A DNA stretch of 64,000 bases. Source: Hypanus sabinus. Its lineage: Eukaryota. A program made the translations under genes and the position numbers. The stretch is taken from positions 13,516,001 through 13,580,000 of the forward strand of contig NC_082730.1 of the NCBI RefSeq assembly GCF_030144855.1, in the 5' to 3' direction. Of the stretch, positions 50,046-63,735 are shown one piece after another (position 1 is the first letter of the stretch; each line of letters opens with the position of its first letter). Under the pieces are notes generated by a model. It ran no database searches, was not told the origin of the DNA, and saw only the letters and a list, made by a program, of their open reading frames with translations.

Positions 50046-53000
50046 CACTTGCAGTGCGCATGTGAGTGAATGAAGAATGAGGGCCATTATGATATGATAC
50101 TCGGATAAAGAGCTGATTCAGGTTTACATTTATTTATCAAGCGTACAATGAAATGTGATGTTTGCATTAACAATGAATATAGCCTAAGGATGGGTGTGGG
50201 GTAGCCACAGGCAAATGTCGCCACAGATTGAATTCTAGCTTTGCTGGGCCATTTCCAATAATAGTTAACATTTAACCATGTTTTTATGGGTCTGGAGTCA
50301 GAAATAAGCCAAACTTGATAAATGTGGCAGGTTTCCTTATCAGAGGACAGTTAGTGAGAAGTGTTGATTTTTATTAAAATCCTGTAACTTCATGGACACT
50401 GATGCCACTTTATCAAAAATAATCAAGTTTATGTTATTATCCACTGTACGTCTTGAACTATCCAGAGAAATAAGCTGCCTACTCATATCCAAGTAATCAT
50501 CAGCTGGCTGCTACCTTTGCAGGAGCTGAAGCAACCCACAATTCTGGCTGCTGTGACTGATCAACACAGGCCAGAGTCAACTATAGGATACCTTGGTCTG
50601 AAGGTTTACAAGAAAAGGAAATGAGTCAGACTGAAAGCCACTACACTTGCATTATTATGCACATTGTGGAAGTCTGTGCGGTGATTTTGGTTTAATTTTG
50701 TTTTAATGATCTGTCTTGTTCTCCAAGTCTCTCCAGTCACTCTGCAATCATAACCATTAAGATGTTTATTGATGGTAAAAAGTCGTTCAGTTTTTAGCCA
50801 TGATAATATTGACCTATTTTTTATTTAAGCTCTGCAGTGCCATGGCTTGTTTGCTGTGAAATCCTTTCCTGCTCATTTGTTATTTGACTTCACCAACACA
50901 CTTTCCAACAGACTCCTGAGTTCAAGGATATCTACAGATCTGCTGTCTGTGCTCAAAGTCACCAGAAGTTCCATTCATCCATCCATTACTCTTGTGTTGG
51001 CTGGCCACATTAACAAGCTGGCAATTTTACCTGAAGAGCATTTTGACTGGTTGTATCATGAACTGGTATGAAGGCTCCAATGCATAGGATTGAAAGACAA
51101 TGCAGTGCTGCTGATTCAGCCGGCTTCACCATAATCACGAGCCTCCCCACCATTGAGGACGTCTTCGAAAGGCAGTTCCTCAAGAGGTCCATGAGCCTGA
51201 AGACACATAGCTTCTTCCACTCTGCTATCAGATTGCTGAATGGTCCACAAACCCAACCACACTATTCCTCTTTTGCATTATCTATCTATCCATATATACC
51301 TATCTATGTATGTATTTAACTACTTATTTATTTGTTAACTTATTTTTATTGTAAATTATCGTAATTTTTTATGTATTGTACTGTACTGCTGCCACAAAGC
51401 AGCAAATTTCACAACATATGTTAGTGATAGTAAACCTGATTCTGATTTTGATTCCTTGCTTTTAAATCTTTCCATTGTCTCACAGTAACACCACCAGCTC
51501 TCACTCTCCTCCATCGCTCCCATCCTCACTTTCTCCATTCAGTTTCTTTGATATCGCTGAACACATTCATTGCTGGCCTTAAATTGATCTATCGTTTCTC
51601 CCACCAGAGGCCATGACTTTAGCTGTCTAGGCCCTCAAGCCCCTGAGCTCCTACCCTAAGCCACTCCTGCTTCTCTACCTCTTTTTTCTCTTACGTTTCT
51701 CTTCAAACTACCTCCAACTAATCTTTGGTCACTGTCCAAATATCTGCTTACGTGCTTGGCATCCAAAGTTAGTTGTTAGCAATCCTGTGAAGCGGCTTGC
51801 TTTGTTGAATGTGTCATTTCAATGGAAGGTCTTGTTGTGACAAATGTTTCTGTAAAGTTTTCAAATACAAAAGAACTTGATCTCACTCATAGTTAAGTAG
51901 CTCAAAGTGTTCCGGGAAGTAGGTGACCATACAACTTATGTGTGCTCACCACTGCTTTGTGAGGCTGTATTTTTTTAATGCCTCGATGGCAGGAGAATTA
52001 GGTAGGGAGGAATAGTAAATCAGCCATGATCAAACAGTGGATAAAAATTGATGAATTGAATGGTCTAATTCTGCTCCAGCGTCCTATGGACTTAATGCAT
52101 CACATATCTTCAAGAGGTGGAGCTTCCTCTTTGGTTTGTAATGGGTGACCAAAAAAAAACTGGCATCCATTTTCATAAGGCTGGCATTCCGAGACTCCTT
52201 GGAAAATCCCTCCCCTTTTAGCCAATGGGATTAATGTCGAATATAAAGTGAACAGAAACATTATTTGATCTGCAATGCTTTCAATAGGCTGTATAAAATT
52301 CTACATCAGTAATCATACTACACACACACACACACACACACGGTGCTGGATGAACTCAACAGGTCAGGTAGAATCTATGGGTAGGATGTGTCTCGGCCCA
52401 AATCATCAATTGTTTATTCCCCAGTATTTTGTGTGTGTTGCTCTAGATGTCAAGCATCTACAGTACCTCTTGTGCTTCGAATTCTGGAGTCTGTTTTGAA
52501 GCTAATGTCAAATAATATGTTGAAGATTTCTTCCAGTCTATGCTAAAGGTTTACACAGAAATATCTGTACACTGGTCAATGATGGAAAACCACCTCAATT
52601 TTGACAGGCTGACAGGATCTGATGAAGGGTCCCTGCTTGAAACATTGACTGCTTATTCTGCTCCGTAGACACTTCCTGACCTGCTGAGTTACTGCAGCTT
52701 TTGTGCGTTACTCTGGATTTACAAAATCTACAGAATCTCTTGAATTTGTTATTTATGTTGAATTCCATTCTACCAGGCCAGCCTATTAAGAGCATTTAGC
52801 CAAGTCTGATTATGACACTTTGAGTTAAAACCAATCAATTCAGGAGATTGGAGATTCTTAGATTCTAACAAGTTAATTTCAGTCCACCACCCAGTCCTAC
52901 CAGCAACCTCTTAAAGGCTCTTAGCACATTTTTTAAATCATGAAACATAATGACTCAGTCTATCACCTCAATACATAAAATTTAGAATAATTTATTGGCA

Positions 53001-54616
53001 GATGATAATATTAACAGAAGACTGTACTTGTAATACCTTCCATGGTTTGACATTGTTTCAAAGTGTTTCTAGACAAGGAAATGCTTTCTTTTTGATGAGC
53101 AAATGCCATTTTAATGTAAGAATCCTAGCAGCTATGTGTGCTCAGCAAGATGTCAGAAACGGTTATGTGCTTATAACCAGGTTATTTTCTATGCTGTTGA
53201 CTAAGGAATAAAATTGGTTGTGAAAGGGCTGACTTCTATGCTCTTAGGAGAAACACTATCATTGGTCTTTTTAATGTTTCTTCTGAGTGATGCTAACTCT
53301 GGCTGCACTACACTCCTTGGTGGAATGCACAGATAATGCCAAAAGGTGCTTGCAATAACGTGATATTTTACAGAAACCGTAATTCTTTAACAAAACAATG
53401 AATAAAAGCAATCTGTGTTTGGTATAAGAGCAGTATCATGGATTTCAAAGTGCTGGTCTTATTGCATATCTGTGCACTTGTAATGCTACAGTGATACTGT
53501 AATTACCATTGGGATGAAAAAAGTATCTGCCTATTGCTTAAGAAATGCCCAAGTAAAATCGGCATAACCCAAGGGTTCCCAGCTAGGTGTCCACAGGCCC
53601 CTCAGTCAATGGAATAAAAAAGCTTGGTAAACCCTGGCATCACTGAAACTTGAGTGGAACCAAGCTCTGCTGCTCATATTACTGAGTGTTGTCCAAAGAC
53701 ATCAACCTTAAGCAAACTTGGCCTATTACAAATAAAGAAGTGATTTCACTTCATATAAATCAGCTGAGCAGAATTACTTATAAAGAGGCTGAATCTTTTA
53801 ACTAATTGGTTGCTGACCAGTCTGACAGATGCCAGGAACTGAAATCCCCTTGTCAGCTCAAAAGTGTATAAGGTTGCTTCATGTAAGCCACAGCTTAATG
53901 GCTCTTTATTACAAATCAGCAAAGCCAGATGTCAGACATTGCCTCTGTGTTGTACAGAGTTATACAATGTTATACTATGTTAACTAGCAGTTAAAATCTT
54001 ACTTCCCGGTTAAGAGTGTTTTTAAATGGTAACAAAAATCTTTATAATTCAGTTTTGTTATTTGAGGATATTACAGGAACTGAAAGCTTTAAAACTGGGT
54101 TTAGATATATTCTGTTTATTAATTATGACTCTCCAAAACATTGCACTTAAATTGATTTTAAAAGATCATTTTACATTCTCGATTATGCTCTTGACAGGAG
54201 TATTATTTACATTTTATCTGGTTTAACAAATCAGTGACATAAATGGGGTACATCGCTATAAATTTTACCAAATGAAGCACAATGCCCTTTTAGTCCAGGA
54301 TTCTGTCTGCAGTGCTTTATTGGATGACGGACCTCAACTTGGCCATGTTTAAATTCTGGTCGCCTGGCAATTATGCCAAATATTTTGTTTCTCTGTTATT
54401 ACTGCTGAAAAGTGGCACAGATTAACATTTCTCCGAGAGTTAAGGAAAAATTCTATTTTGATAGGCATCAAAAATTCTGTTGCCAGAATTCCTCACAGAT
54501 TTCAGTTCTGGTCAGATAGATGCAAACTTACATTACTTCTTTAACTCAATATTTCACAACACGATACTACATTTACAATGCTTTGAAAAATCTAAATAAG
54601 ATCAATGTTTTCTTAC

Positions 54617-54656
54617 CTGAGAGGAAAGCCACCAATAATAGAAGAGTCATACCCAT
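54617..54656 (-). CDS. Gene A leader exon: MGMTLLLLVAFLS(V)
   Basis: Kozak-like aaaATGG, 13 codons plus G|GTAAGA, phase 1. It joins TG ACA TAC GCT to give the signal peptide ...FLSVTYA|DITGP. Confidence 0.9.
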
Positions 54657-54736
54657 TTTTAATTACTGTTGTTAATTCCAATTTGCAAACAGCCCTTTTG
54701 TTTGCACAAGTCCTACTTCTGCTCTGCTGTGTCCAA

Positions 54737-54751
54737 ACTTTCACTTCCCCT
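54737..54751 (-). promoter_or_regulatory. Putative ETS(PU.1)-IRF composite element upstream of gene A
   Basis: Minus strand GGGGAAGTGAAAGT contains GGAAnnGAAA (54739-54748), ~85 nt upstream of the ATG. Confidence 0.55.
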
Positions 54752-57700
54752 CCACACTTGCCAGATCATGACCTCCAACTGAAACTGAGAATAGAAAGTG
54801 CAGGTTTGGGTTTTGACAGCCCCAGAGTTTGCAACATGTTTTGTGTGAATAAATGAGTACCAAGGCATTCATTGTACAACACCCAGGCCAATGTGAAAGC
54901 CTAATTGTTTTCTTTCTGAGCCTTGTTGGACGAATTGTATCAACTGTTTAATTGTTAGTGACAAAATGGCTGCTGTGAGTTTAAAAATTACAGCTTTTGC
55001 AATCTCTATTAAATAGTTCCAACCCTGCACAATGCATTTTAAAGATATGAATTGATTTAATATTTGCTGAAAAAATCGTCCATTTTCTTTCTTGAGAGTA
55101 TTTGTCTATGTCTTTGTGCTTGGAAGGTTTTAAACACTTTCATTTAAACATTATAAGTGTTCAGAGCCAGATAAGATAGGCTGAGGAAGAGTTTGATTTT
55201 CACACTGTGTGTGGGTCGACTCTGGGGTGAGTCTGGGATACCCAAGGGGGTATCGGTGGTAGAAACTCTCATGAAATCTAAGGAGTCGGAGTGAAAGATG
55301 AAGGGTTTAAACGGGATCTGTGGAGAAACTTTATCACGCAGAGGGTGGTGGATACATGTTGCAAGAGAAAGTGAATGAATTCAATTGTATCACTTAAAAA
55401 AGCACTTTGAGAGGTACATGGGGGGCCTGGGCTTGAAGGGATATTGTCCAAAACAGGAAATGGGGACTAGCCGGGTGGTCAACTTGATCAGCATAGACTG
55501 ATTAGTCTGAAGGGCTTGTGACTTTAAGCATATGCACGAACATTTGAATTACAAAGGCTTAGTTGACTCTTTCTGTGCTGGATAACCCTATGATCTGATA
55601 AAATAATGAATTTTAAACTACAGAGCATGGCAGTTCTGTAAAATTAGTACAATAGTGATTCATAATCCTGGAATGTTGACCAAGGAATTGAATTCTAGGT
55701 ACTTCTAGGCAGCTGGTGAATTTAAGTTCAATCGTTAAGTAATTAGTAATAGTGACCATGCAGCTACTGAATTGTCATAGAGTCCTTTCGGTTGACTGAT
55801 GCTATATTAGAAGGGAGTTTTATATACTCACTCTATCTCGATGAAGTGTGGCTCCACACTGATCCAAGTCATTTGCTTCTGAACATCTGCAGAGATGAAC
55901 TGGCTTCTCCAAGGCAGAAAGGATTAAATATTGTCATTACACATTTTGGTGCCAGCATTGGAGGCTCACAATGTTCAACAGAACATGACTGCCTTGACTG
56001 CTCTTTGAAATAGCCATTCAGTGTGGAGGACGGGAAATGAAAGTTTTGCTTAAATGCCTCAAATGGGTTCAATGTAATATATCAGAGAATGTATACAGTA
56101 TGCAACCTGAAATTCTTACTGTTCACACACAGTCATGAAACAAGAAGCCCCAAAGAATGAATGATAGATCAGAAAGCCCCCTTCCAAGCACAAGCAACAG
56201 CAAAAACATTGACACTTCTTCCACCCCTTCTGCCAGCAGTAGCACCAAGCCCCACCCCACCACCATGCAAGCAACAGCACAAGCCCCTCAAAGAGATCTT
56301 GATCTAGAATCCATCAAAAACTACAGTCCATAACCCAAAGTACACTGCAGCTGCTGGGGTCAAAGCAACACGTACAGCGCTGGAGGAACTCGGCAGGTCG
56401 GGCAGCATCCGTGGAAATGAGCAGTCAACGTTTCGGGGGTCTCGGCCTGAAACGCTGACTGCTCGTTTCCACGGATGCTGCCCGACCTGCTGAGTCCATA
56501 ACCCAGCACTCCAGTATCTCAGTAAGGCTCTCTATCTCTCCATCATGGGAGAGAGAGAGGTCACTCCTGCAGCGAGAGTGGAGACCAGCAACTTGCAGTT
56601 TCAATGTTACAACCTTACAGGTCACTCCTCCAAGCAGCCCCCCACCCCACACGCAACCTGACTAGGATCGACAGGCTCCATCAAAAAGAGAGAGAAAGAG
56701 CGAGGAATTGCTGGAGTGCAGGGGTCTTCTCCGCTCCCCAAAGGTGCATGTCTTCCAAACCGTTCCTAGAGATAGCAAAGCAGCAGGCTATGCAGCCAGT
56801 CTGAAGAACTGTAGTTTGAGCTGTTGATCACGGACTCTGACAGAACACCAACCACCTTGAAAAGAAAAGAAAGACATGAGAGACGACGAATAAGCTGCTT
56901 TGTGGATGAACTGGAAGAAGTCGTCTGGGTCTGCAAAAACCACTGGTGCCAGCTTTTTATTTCTTAGAGTTTAATTCTTAGATTAGACTGTTTAATTGTT
57001 ATCTTCTTTGCAGTCTAGCAATTAAATATTTGCTTATTTTTGAAATAGTTCCTATGTGCATATAACAGTTTAATATGCCTCTGGTGGCTATACAAAGTAT
57101 AATTCTGGAAAGCTCTGGAAGCCTCTTTGTTCTGCATTATTTGAGTAAGTGGTTAACTTGATACTTCAATACTGAACAGCAGGGGCAGACGGCAGGAGAG
57201 CTGTGTGGTCTGGTCATAGTCAGGACTAGGCCTCAAGCAGCAGTGTCACCTGATTGCAGCTGCCCAGGAGAGAGGCATTAGAGTCAATGCACTCCTTCAG
57301 AGGCAGTGTGGTGTGGCATCTAAGCTGGAGTCAGTGCTGCTCGCCAGTGTTCCCTTAGCAGAACTCATGTCTTTGAAAGCAGACGCCTACAATATCCATG
57401 GACTCAGCATTCTGGACTAAATATTTTTTTGTGTGACTGCATTTTACTGATATCTTGTGCTTTCTATTTTATATGAGCCTTGTACTGTGTGTGGCTGTTA
57501 GTACTATGTTTTGTACCTTGGCCCTGGAGTAATATGGTTTTGTTTGTCTGTATTCATGGATATTCTCGTAAGCTGAATGACCATTAAACTTGCACTTGAA
57601 TGAAATTTTTCCTTATCTGTATGGTTGGTTGGCATCTGTCTGTCTCGAAGGACAATGGGTGATGATGATCATCGTAAACCTGGGCAGAAGGTATGGAGAT

Positions 57701-58919
57701 CCTGAGATGCCCAGTCGTCAAGATCCCCCCTGTCAGCCTCACCAGTGCACTCCAAAGGAAAACTTATGAAGCAATATGTTCGAACCAGTTTGGCTGCAGG
57801 AACGACTGGAAAGATGTTCAGTGATGTTCAGCCACCTTAGGGGCTCCGGATTTGCTGTCTGGGTTTAGTCCCATAGCCTTTGTCTCTTCAAGTTACCAGA
57901 AGTTAGAGAAATCAATGTTCAAACTTTGATCAAAAATCAAAGTTTATTAAAGATTAAATTAGGGACAGACAACTTCAGTTACTTATGTTCTGAGTCACCA
58001 GATCATGCCTCTGAATCATAAGCTGAAGTCACATACTATCATAACTCAAAATGTATCTCGATCTCCCTGATCAGCTATGGAAACACCTTTGCCAAAAAGG
58101 CTGCCGTGGTTCAAGCTGGACAGCTACCCACCACTTTAACCAAGGACAATAAAGAATGGACAATAAGTTCTGTCCTTAGCAGCAAACCCTAGATCCCCAA
58201 AATCACAAACAAAAAAAAAACAGTGACTATAGTGAGGAAGTTCACTACTTGTCAACTCGGCAATAGCTTGGACAGATTGCTTGAAGAAGTGGTGATATTT
58301 AAAAAAAGACAATTCTATGCTGACTTATTTCTATTAAGTAATTTAACCACAGTCCCATTTTTATTAAGCCTTGTGTATTCAGAAACTGCTTTATTGACGA
58401 ATGAATACTTTTGCAAAAGTGACCTGCTTTAATTAAACTGACTACAAGCGGGGCACACAAGAAATACTGACGTTATGCAAAACGATGAAGTGAATTCCCA
58501 GCACTGGGCTTCAGAGATCTGTAACAGCTTGCAGGGTGCATCAGCAATCTTAGTGCTGTGTGGATAAAGTGACTTCCACATTTGCTTCAAAGAATGAAGA
58601 AGTGGTTTCTGATTTCCCAATGTCGTCAACCTCAGCTGTAATTGTGTCTCACCAGACATAAAATTATTGTAGTGTTACATCAGAATCAGAATCAGATTAA
58701 CTATGCCATGACATTAAATTTCTTGTTATTCCAAGGAAATCTTCTATTGTCCTTCTGTATATCAGGGAATCCTTGCAGGTAAGTGCCATGAAAGTATGAA
58801 AGGAGATCAGGAGAAGTCTTGACAATTTTACAGTCTAGATTACACAATGAAAGGCAGAAAGGCTTTTAAAAATTCAGTTGACAATACAGAAGACTGATTA
58901 ATCTGTTCTTTGGTAGACT

Positions 58920-59410
58920 GGTGTTCATCACACCAGCCTACTCACCATCAAGTACATAGAAACGGGGGAGGTGCTGGAAATCACCAGAAGCATCATGAAG
59001 GATCTGACCCACACTGCTCACGGACTGTCTGTTCCACTCCCATCAGGGAGGAGGCTGCGAAGCCGGCACGCCAGGACCACCAGACTAAAACAACAGTTCC
59101 TTCCCCCAAGCTCTGAAGCTGATTATCTGCTTCACCTACTTACCCACCCCTTCTCACTTCCAACTACCACTACTTTATCATTTCCTGTGATTCACCTTAT
59201 GTACAGACCCCCCTACACCTAGCGTCACTTCATGGACATACTTTCAATCTATGTATATAAGCTATGTTACCTTAGATAGAGTGCATTTTAATTATTAATG
59301 AGTTCCTATCTTATCATTTTTTTATGATGCACTGGATCTGGAGTAAAAAATATTTTGTTCTCATTTACGTTTGTATACTGATATTGACATTATACTGGAT
59401 CTTGAATCTT
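58920..59410 (+). mobile_element. Rex1/Babar-type LINE 3' fragment
   Basis: ORF 58971-59222 IMKDLTHTAHGLSVPLPSGRRLRSRHARTTRLK. Confidence 0.78.
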
Positions 59411-59679
59411 AAATTATTAGCTATTATGCAGAAGCCAGTCAGAGCCACTGCTATGAATGGTCATCACTGTTATTCGTTTCCCGCTATTGTCTGTAAGGAG
59501 TTTGTATGTTCTTCCCGTGAGCGTGTGGGTTTCCCCCGGGTTCCCTGATTTCCTTCCACATTCCAAAGACACAACAGTTAGGTAGGTTAGTTGGTTAATT
59601 GGTCATTGTACATTGTCCTGTGACTAGACTAGGTTTAAATCAGGGGTTGCTGGGCGGAGTGACTCAAAGGGCCAGAAGA

Positions 59680-61710
59680 AACATAAGAAACATAGAAAAT
59701 CTACAGCACAATACAGGCCCTTCGGCCCAAAAAATTGTGCCAAATACGTCCCTACTTTAGAAATTGCTAGGCTTACCTATAGCCCTCTATTTTACTAAGC
59801 TCCATGTACCTATCTAAAAGCCTCTTAAAAAACCCTATCGTATCCGCCTCTACCACTGTTGCCGGCAGCCCATTGCACGCACTCACCACTCTCTGAGTAA
59901 AAAACTTACCCTTGACATCTCCTCTGTACCTGCTCCCTGGCACCTTAAACCTGTGTCCTTTTATGGCAACTATTTCAGCCCTGGGAAAAAGCTTCTGACT
60001 ATCCACACGATCAATGCCTCTCATCATCTTGCACATCTCTATCAGGTCACCTCTCATCCTCCTTCACTCCAAGGAGAAAAGGCCAAGTTTCATTCAAACT
60101 ATTCTCTTATGGTATGCTCCCTAATCCAGACAACATCCTTGTAAATCTCCTCTGTGCCCTTTCTATGGCTTCCACATTCTTCCTGTAGTGAGGCTACAAG
60201 AATTGATCACAGTACTCCAAGTGGGGTCTGACCAGGGCCCTATATAGTTGCAACATTACCTCTCGGCTCCTAAATTCAATTCCATGATTGATGAAGGCCA
60301 ATGCTCTGTATGCCTTCTTATCCACAGAGTCAACCTATGCAGCTTCTTTGAGCATCCTATGGACTTGGACTCCAAGATCCCTCTGATCCTCTACACTGCC
60401 AAGAGTCTTACCATTAATACTATATTCTGCCATCATATTTGACCTATCAAAATGATCCACTTTACAATTATCTGGGTTGAACTCCATCTGTCACTTCTCA
60501 GCCCAGTTTTGCATCCTATCAATGTCCCATTGTAACTGACAGTCCTCCACACTATCCACAAAACCTCCAACCTTTGTGTCATCAGCAAACTTACTAACCC
60601 ATCCCTCCACTTCCTCATCCAGCTGATTTATAAAAATCACGAAGAGTAAAGGTCCCACAACAGATCTCTGAGGCACGCCACTGGTGACCGACTTCTATGC
60701 AGAATATGACCTGTCTATGACCACTCTTTGCCTCCTTTGGGGAAGCATTTCTCGATCCACAAACCAATGTCCCCTTGGATTCCATGCCTCTTTATTTTCT
60801 CAATAAGCCTTGCATAGGGTACCTTATCACATGCCTTGCTGAAATCTATATAAACTACATCTACTGCTCTTCCTTCATCAATGTGTTTAGTCACATCCTC
60901 AAAATATTCAATCAGGCTCGTAAGACATGACCTGCCTTTGACAAAGCCATGCTGACTACTCCTAATCATGTTATACCTCTCCAAATGTTCATAAACCCTG
61001 CCTCTCAGGATCTTCTCTATCAATTTACCAACCACTGAGGTAAGATGCACTGGTCTATAATTTCTTGGGCTATCTCTACTCCCTTTCTTGAATAAAGGAA
61101 CAACATCCGCAACCCTCCAGTCCTCCGGAACATCTCCCGTACCTATTGCTGATGCAAAGATCATCACCAGAAGCTCAGCAATCTCCTCCCTTGCCTCCCA
61201 CAGTAGCCTGGGGTACATTTAGTCCGTTCCTGGTGACCTATCCAACTTGATGCTTTCTGAAGCTCCAGCACATCCTCTTTCTTAATATCTACATGCTCAA
61301 TCTTTTCAGTCTGCTGCAAGTCATCACTACAATCACTAAGATCCTTTTCCATAGTGAATACTGGAGTAAAGTATTCATTAAGTACCTCTGCTATTTCGTC
61401 CAGTTCCATACACACTTTCCCACTGTCACATTTGATAGGTCCTATTCTTTCACATCTTATCCTCTTGCTCTTTACATACTTGTAGAATGCCTTGGGGTTT
61501 TCCTTAATCCTACCCACTAAGGCCTTCTCATGGCCCCTTCTGGCTCTCCTAATTTTCTTCTTAAGCTCCTTCCCAGTAGCCTTATAATCTTCTAGATATC
61601 TAACATCACCTAGCACTCTGAACCTTTTGTAAGCTTTTCTTTTCTTCTTGACTAGATTTATTGTAGCCTTTGTACACCACGGTTCCTGTACTCTACTATA
61701 ACTTCCCTGT
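59680..61710 (-). mobile_element. CR1 LINE, ~2-kb ORF2 fragment with RT domain (frameshifted)
   Basis: ORFs 61164-61616, 60715-61218, 60491-60676 and 59773-60057 contain NYRPVHLTSVVGK, GRSCLTSL, DFSKACDKV and SKFADDTK. Confidence 0.96.
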
Positions 61711-62639
61711 CCTATTGGAATAATGAGTCAGGGATAAGATTATTAGGAAATAACATATAAAATAGGCTAATTTGAAATTTTGTAAGTCCAGAAAACGTAC
61801 AAAGTGTGAAGCATTTCACTTTGGTAATTAGGGACAAGGGGTTGAAACTGGGACAGAGGTATTGCCGTCGTGAAGCTCCACCCCCATCCACTGAAAACAA
61901 AACAGGGTGCAAGATGAGGAAATTCAATTGTTTATTGATATTATAGGTCTTGGAGCTGCTGGGACCAACTACACTGATGCTCCTATTGAGAAGGCCATAT
62001 TGAGAAGCTCTCTTACTCTCAGAGAAGTAAGTTCCTTTGCTTCCTGCAATAAATCCAAAAGGTGGTCATCACAACTTGAGGAGTGCCCTTAAGTGTAATT
62101 GAAACTAAAATACATGGTGGTAGGTTTATAGCCCTGGACTTTCCTTACAGACTGGTTCCCCCCATTTCTGCTTTCCAGTGGCCAGCTATGGGTTTAACTG
62201 AGATTATTGGAAGTTCCATTTTACACAGCACGACACCAGCGTGCAACATTTTCCCTGTGTGCTGTATTTCCCTTGAATTGGGGAGCAGAGATGCAGCAAG
62301 ACAATCAGTGGTTTTGAGAGCACAGCATCCGTGGGCCAGTCCATAATGTGTGTGTGGTGAATCCGAACACATTGAAGATAGTTCTTGCTCTTTAGTTGCC
62401 TATATAGTCTTGAAGGTGTTGGTGAGTTACAGAGCCGCTGTGTAATGTAGCAGACCCTCACACCCTGGAAGACAAAAACAAAGAATGACTCATATTTTGC
62501 AAAGCAGAATGCGAGCTTTGTGCTATCAATTTCTCCTTAACAATCATTAATTTAAGCACATGCTGATTAAAAGATACTATTGTGTCAATGAATAAAACCA
62601 GAGAGTGCAAGATACCCAGCAGGTCAAGGAACTGACAGC

Positions 62640-63735
62640 CTGCCTGTAAATCCTATTGAAAGTTTTACAAGAGAATTTTGCAGGTGACATAAAGTTGATG
62701 GTGTTGGATAGAGTAAAAGTTTGTCATAAATTACAATAGGACATAGACAGCATGCAGTGCTGGGCTGAGAAATAACAGATGGAGTTCAATCCAGAGAGGT
62801 GTGAAGTGATACACTTTGGAAGGTTCAAACCTGAAGGTAATACTTTCAGCGCTGTGGAGAAACAGAGAGATCCCGGTGTCCATGTCCATAGATTCCTCAA
62901 AGTTGCCCTGCAAGTTGTTAGGGTGATTAAGAAGGTGTACAGTGTGTTAGCCTTCATTAGGAAGAACAATAGGAAGGTAGATGAAGGGCAGGTAGATAGA
63001 TAGAGAGGCTACAGAAGGTCAGACAGATTAGGAGAATGGGCAAAGAAATGGTGATGAAATACAGTATTGGGAAGTGTATGGTCATGCACTTTGTTTGAAG
63101 AAATAAAAATGTTGACGTTTTCTAAATAGAGAGAAAATGCAAAAAAAAAACTGAAGGAGACTGAGTTCAAGAGCCACAAAGTAATGTTGAAGCTCCATAA
63201 AACTCTGATTAGACCACTCTTGGAGTATCATGTTCTGTTCTGGAAGGATGTGGAAGCTTTAGAGAGGGTGCGGAGGAGATTACCAGGACGCTGCCTGGAT
63301 TAGAGAGCATGTCTTACAAGGAAAGGTTGACTGAGCTAGGGCTTTTCTCTTTGGAGTGAAGGAGGATGAGAGGTGACTTGATAGAGATTTATAAATGACA
63401 AGAGGCATAGATGGAGTGGATAGCCAGCACCTTTTTCCCAGGGTGGCAATGACTAATAGGAAAGTGTTTAATTTTGAGGTGATTGGAGGAAAGTGTAGGA
63501 AGGATGTTAGAGGTATGTTTTTGTTACATAGAAGATGGCAGTGGGTGCATGGAACACGCTGCCAGGGGTGTTAGTGCAGACAGATACTTTAAGGACACCT
63601 AAGAGACTCTTAAGCGAATGGATAAAAGAAAAAATAGCTATGTGGGAGGGAAAGGTTAGATTGATCTTGGAGTAGTTTAAAAGATCGTCACAACATCATG
63701 GTCTGAAGGACCTATACTGTGCTGTACTGTTCTAT
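62640..63735 (+). mobile_element. CR1 LINE 3' fragments
   Basis: FAGDIKL, FNPERCEVIHFG and RMRGDLIEIYK remnants, plus a CR1 tail. Confidence 0.88.

Noticed and set aside
59680-61710. Host genes in the many 60-170 aa ORFs (here and at 16-19, 33-35 and 62-64 kb)
   Set aside because: They are frameshifted CR1 ORF2 pieces or their antisense frames.
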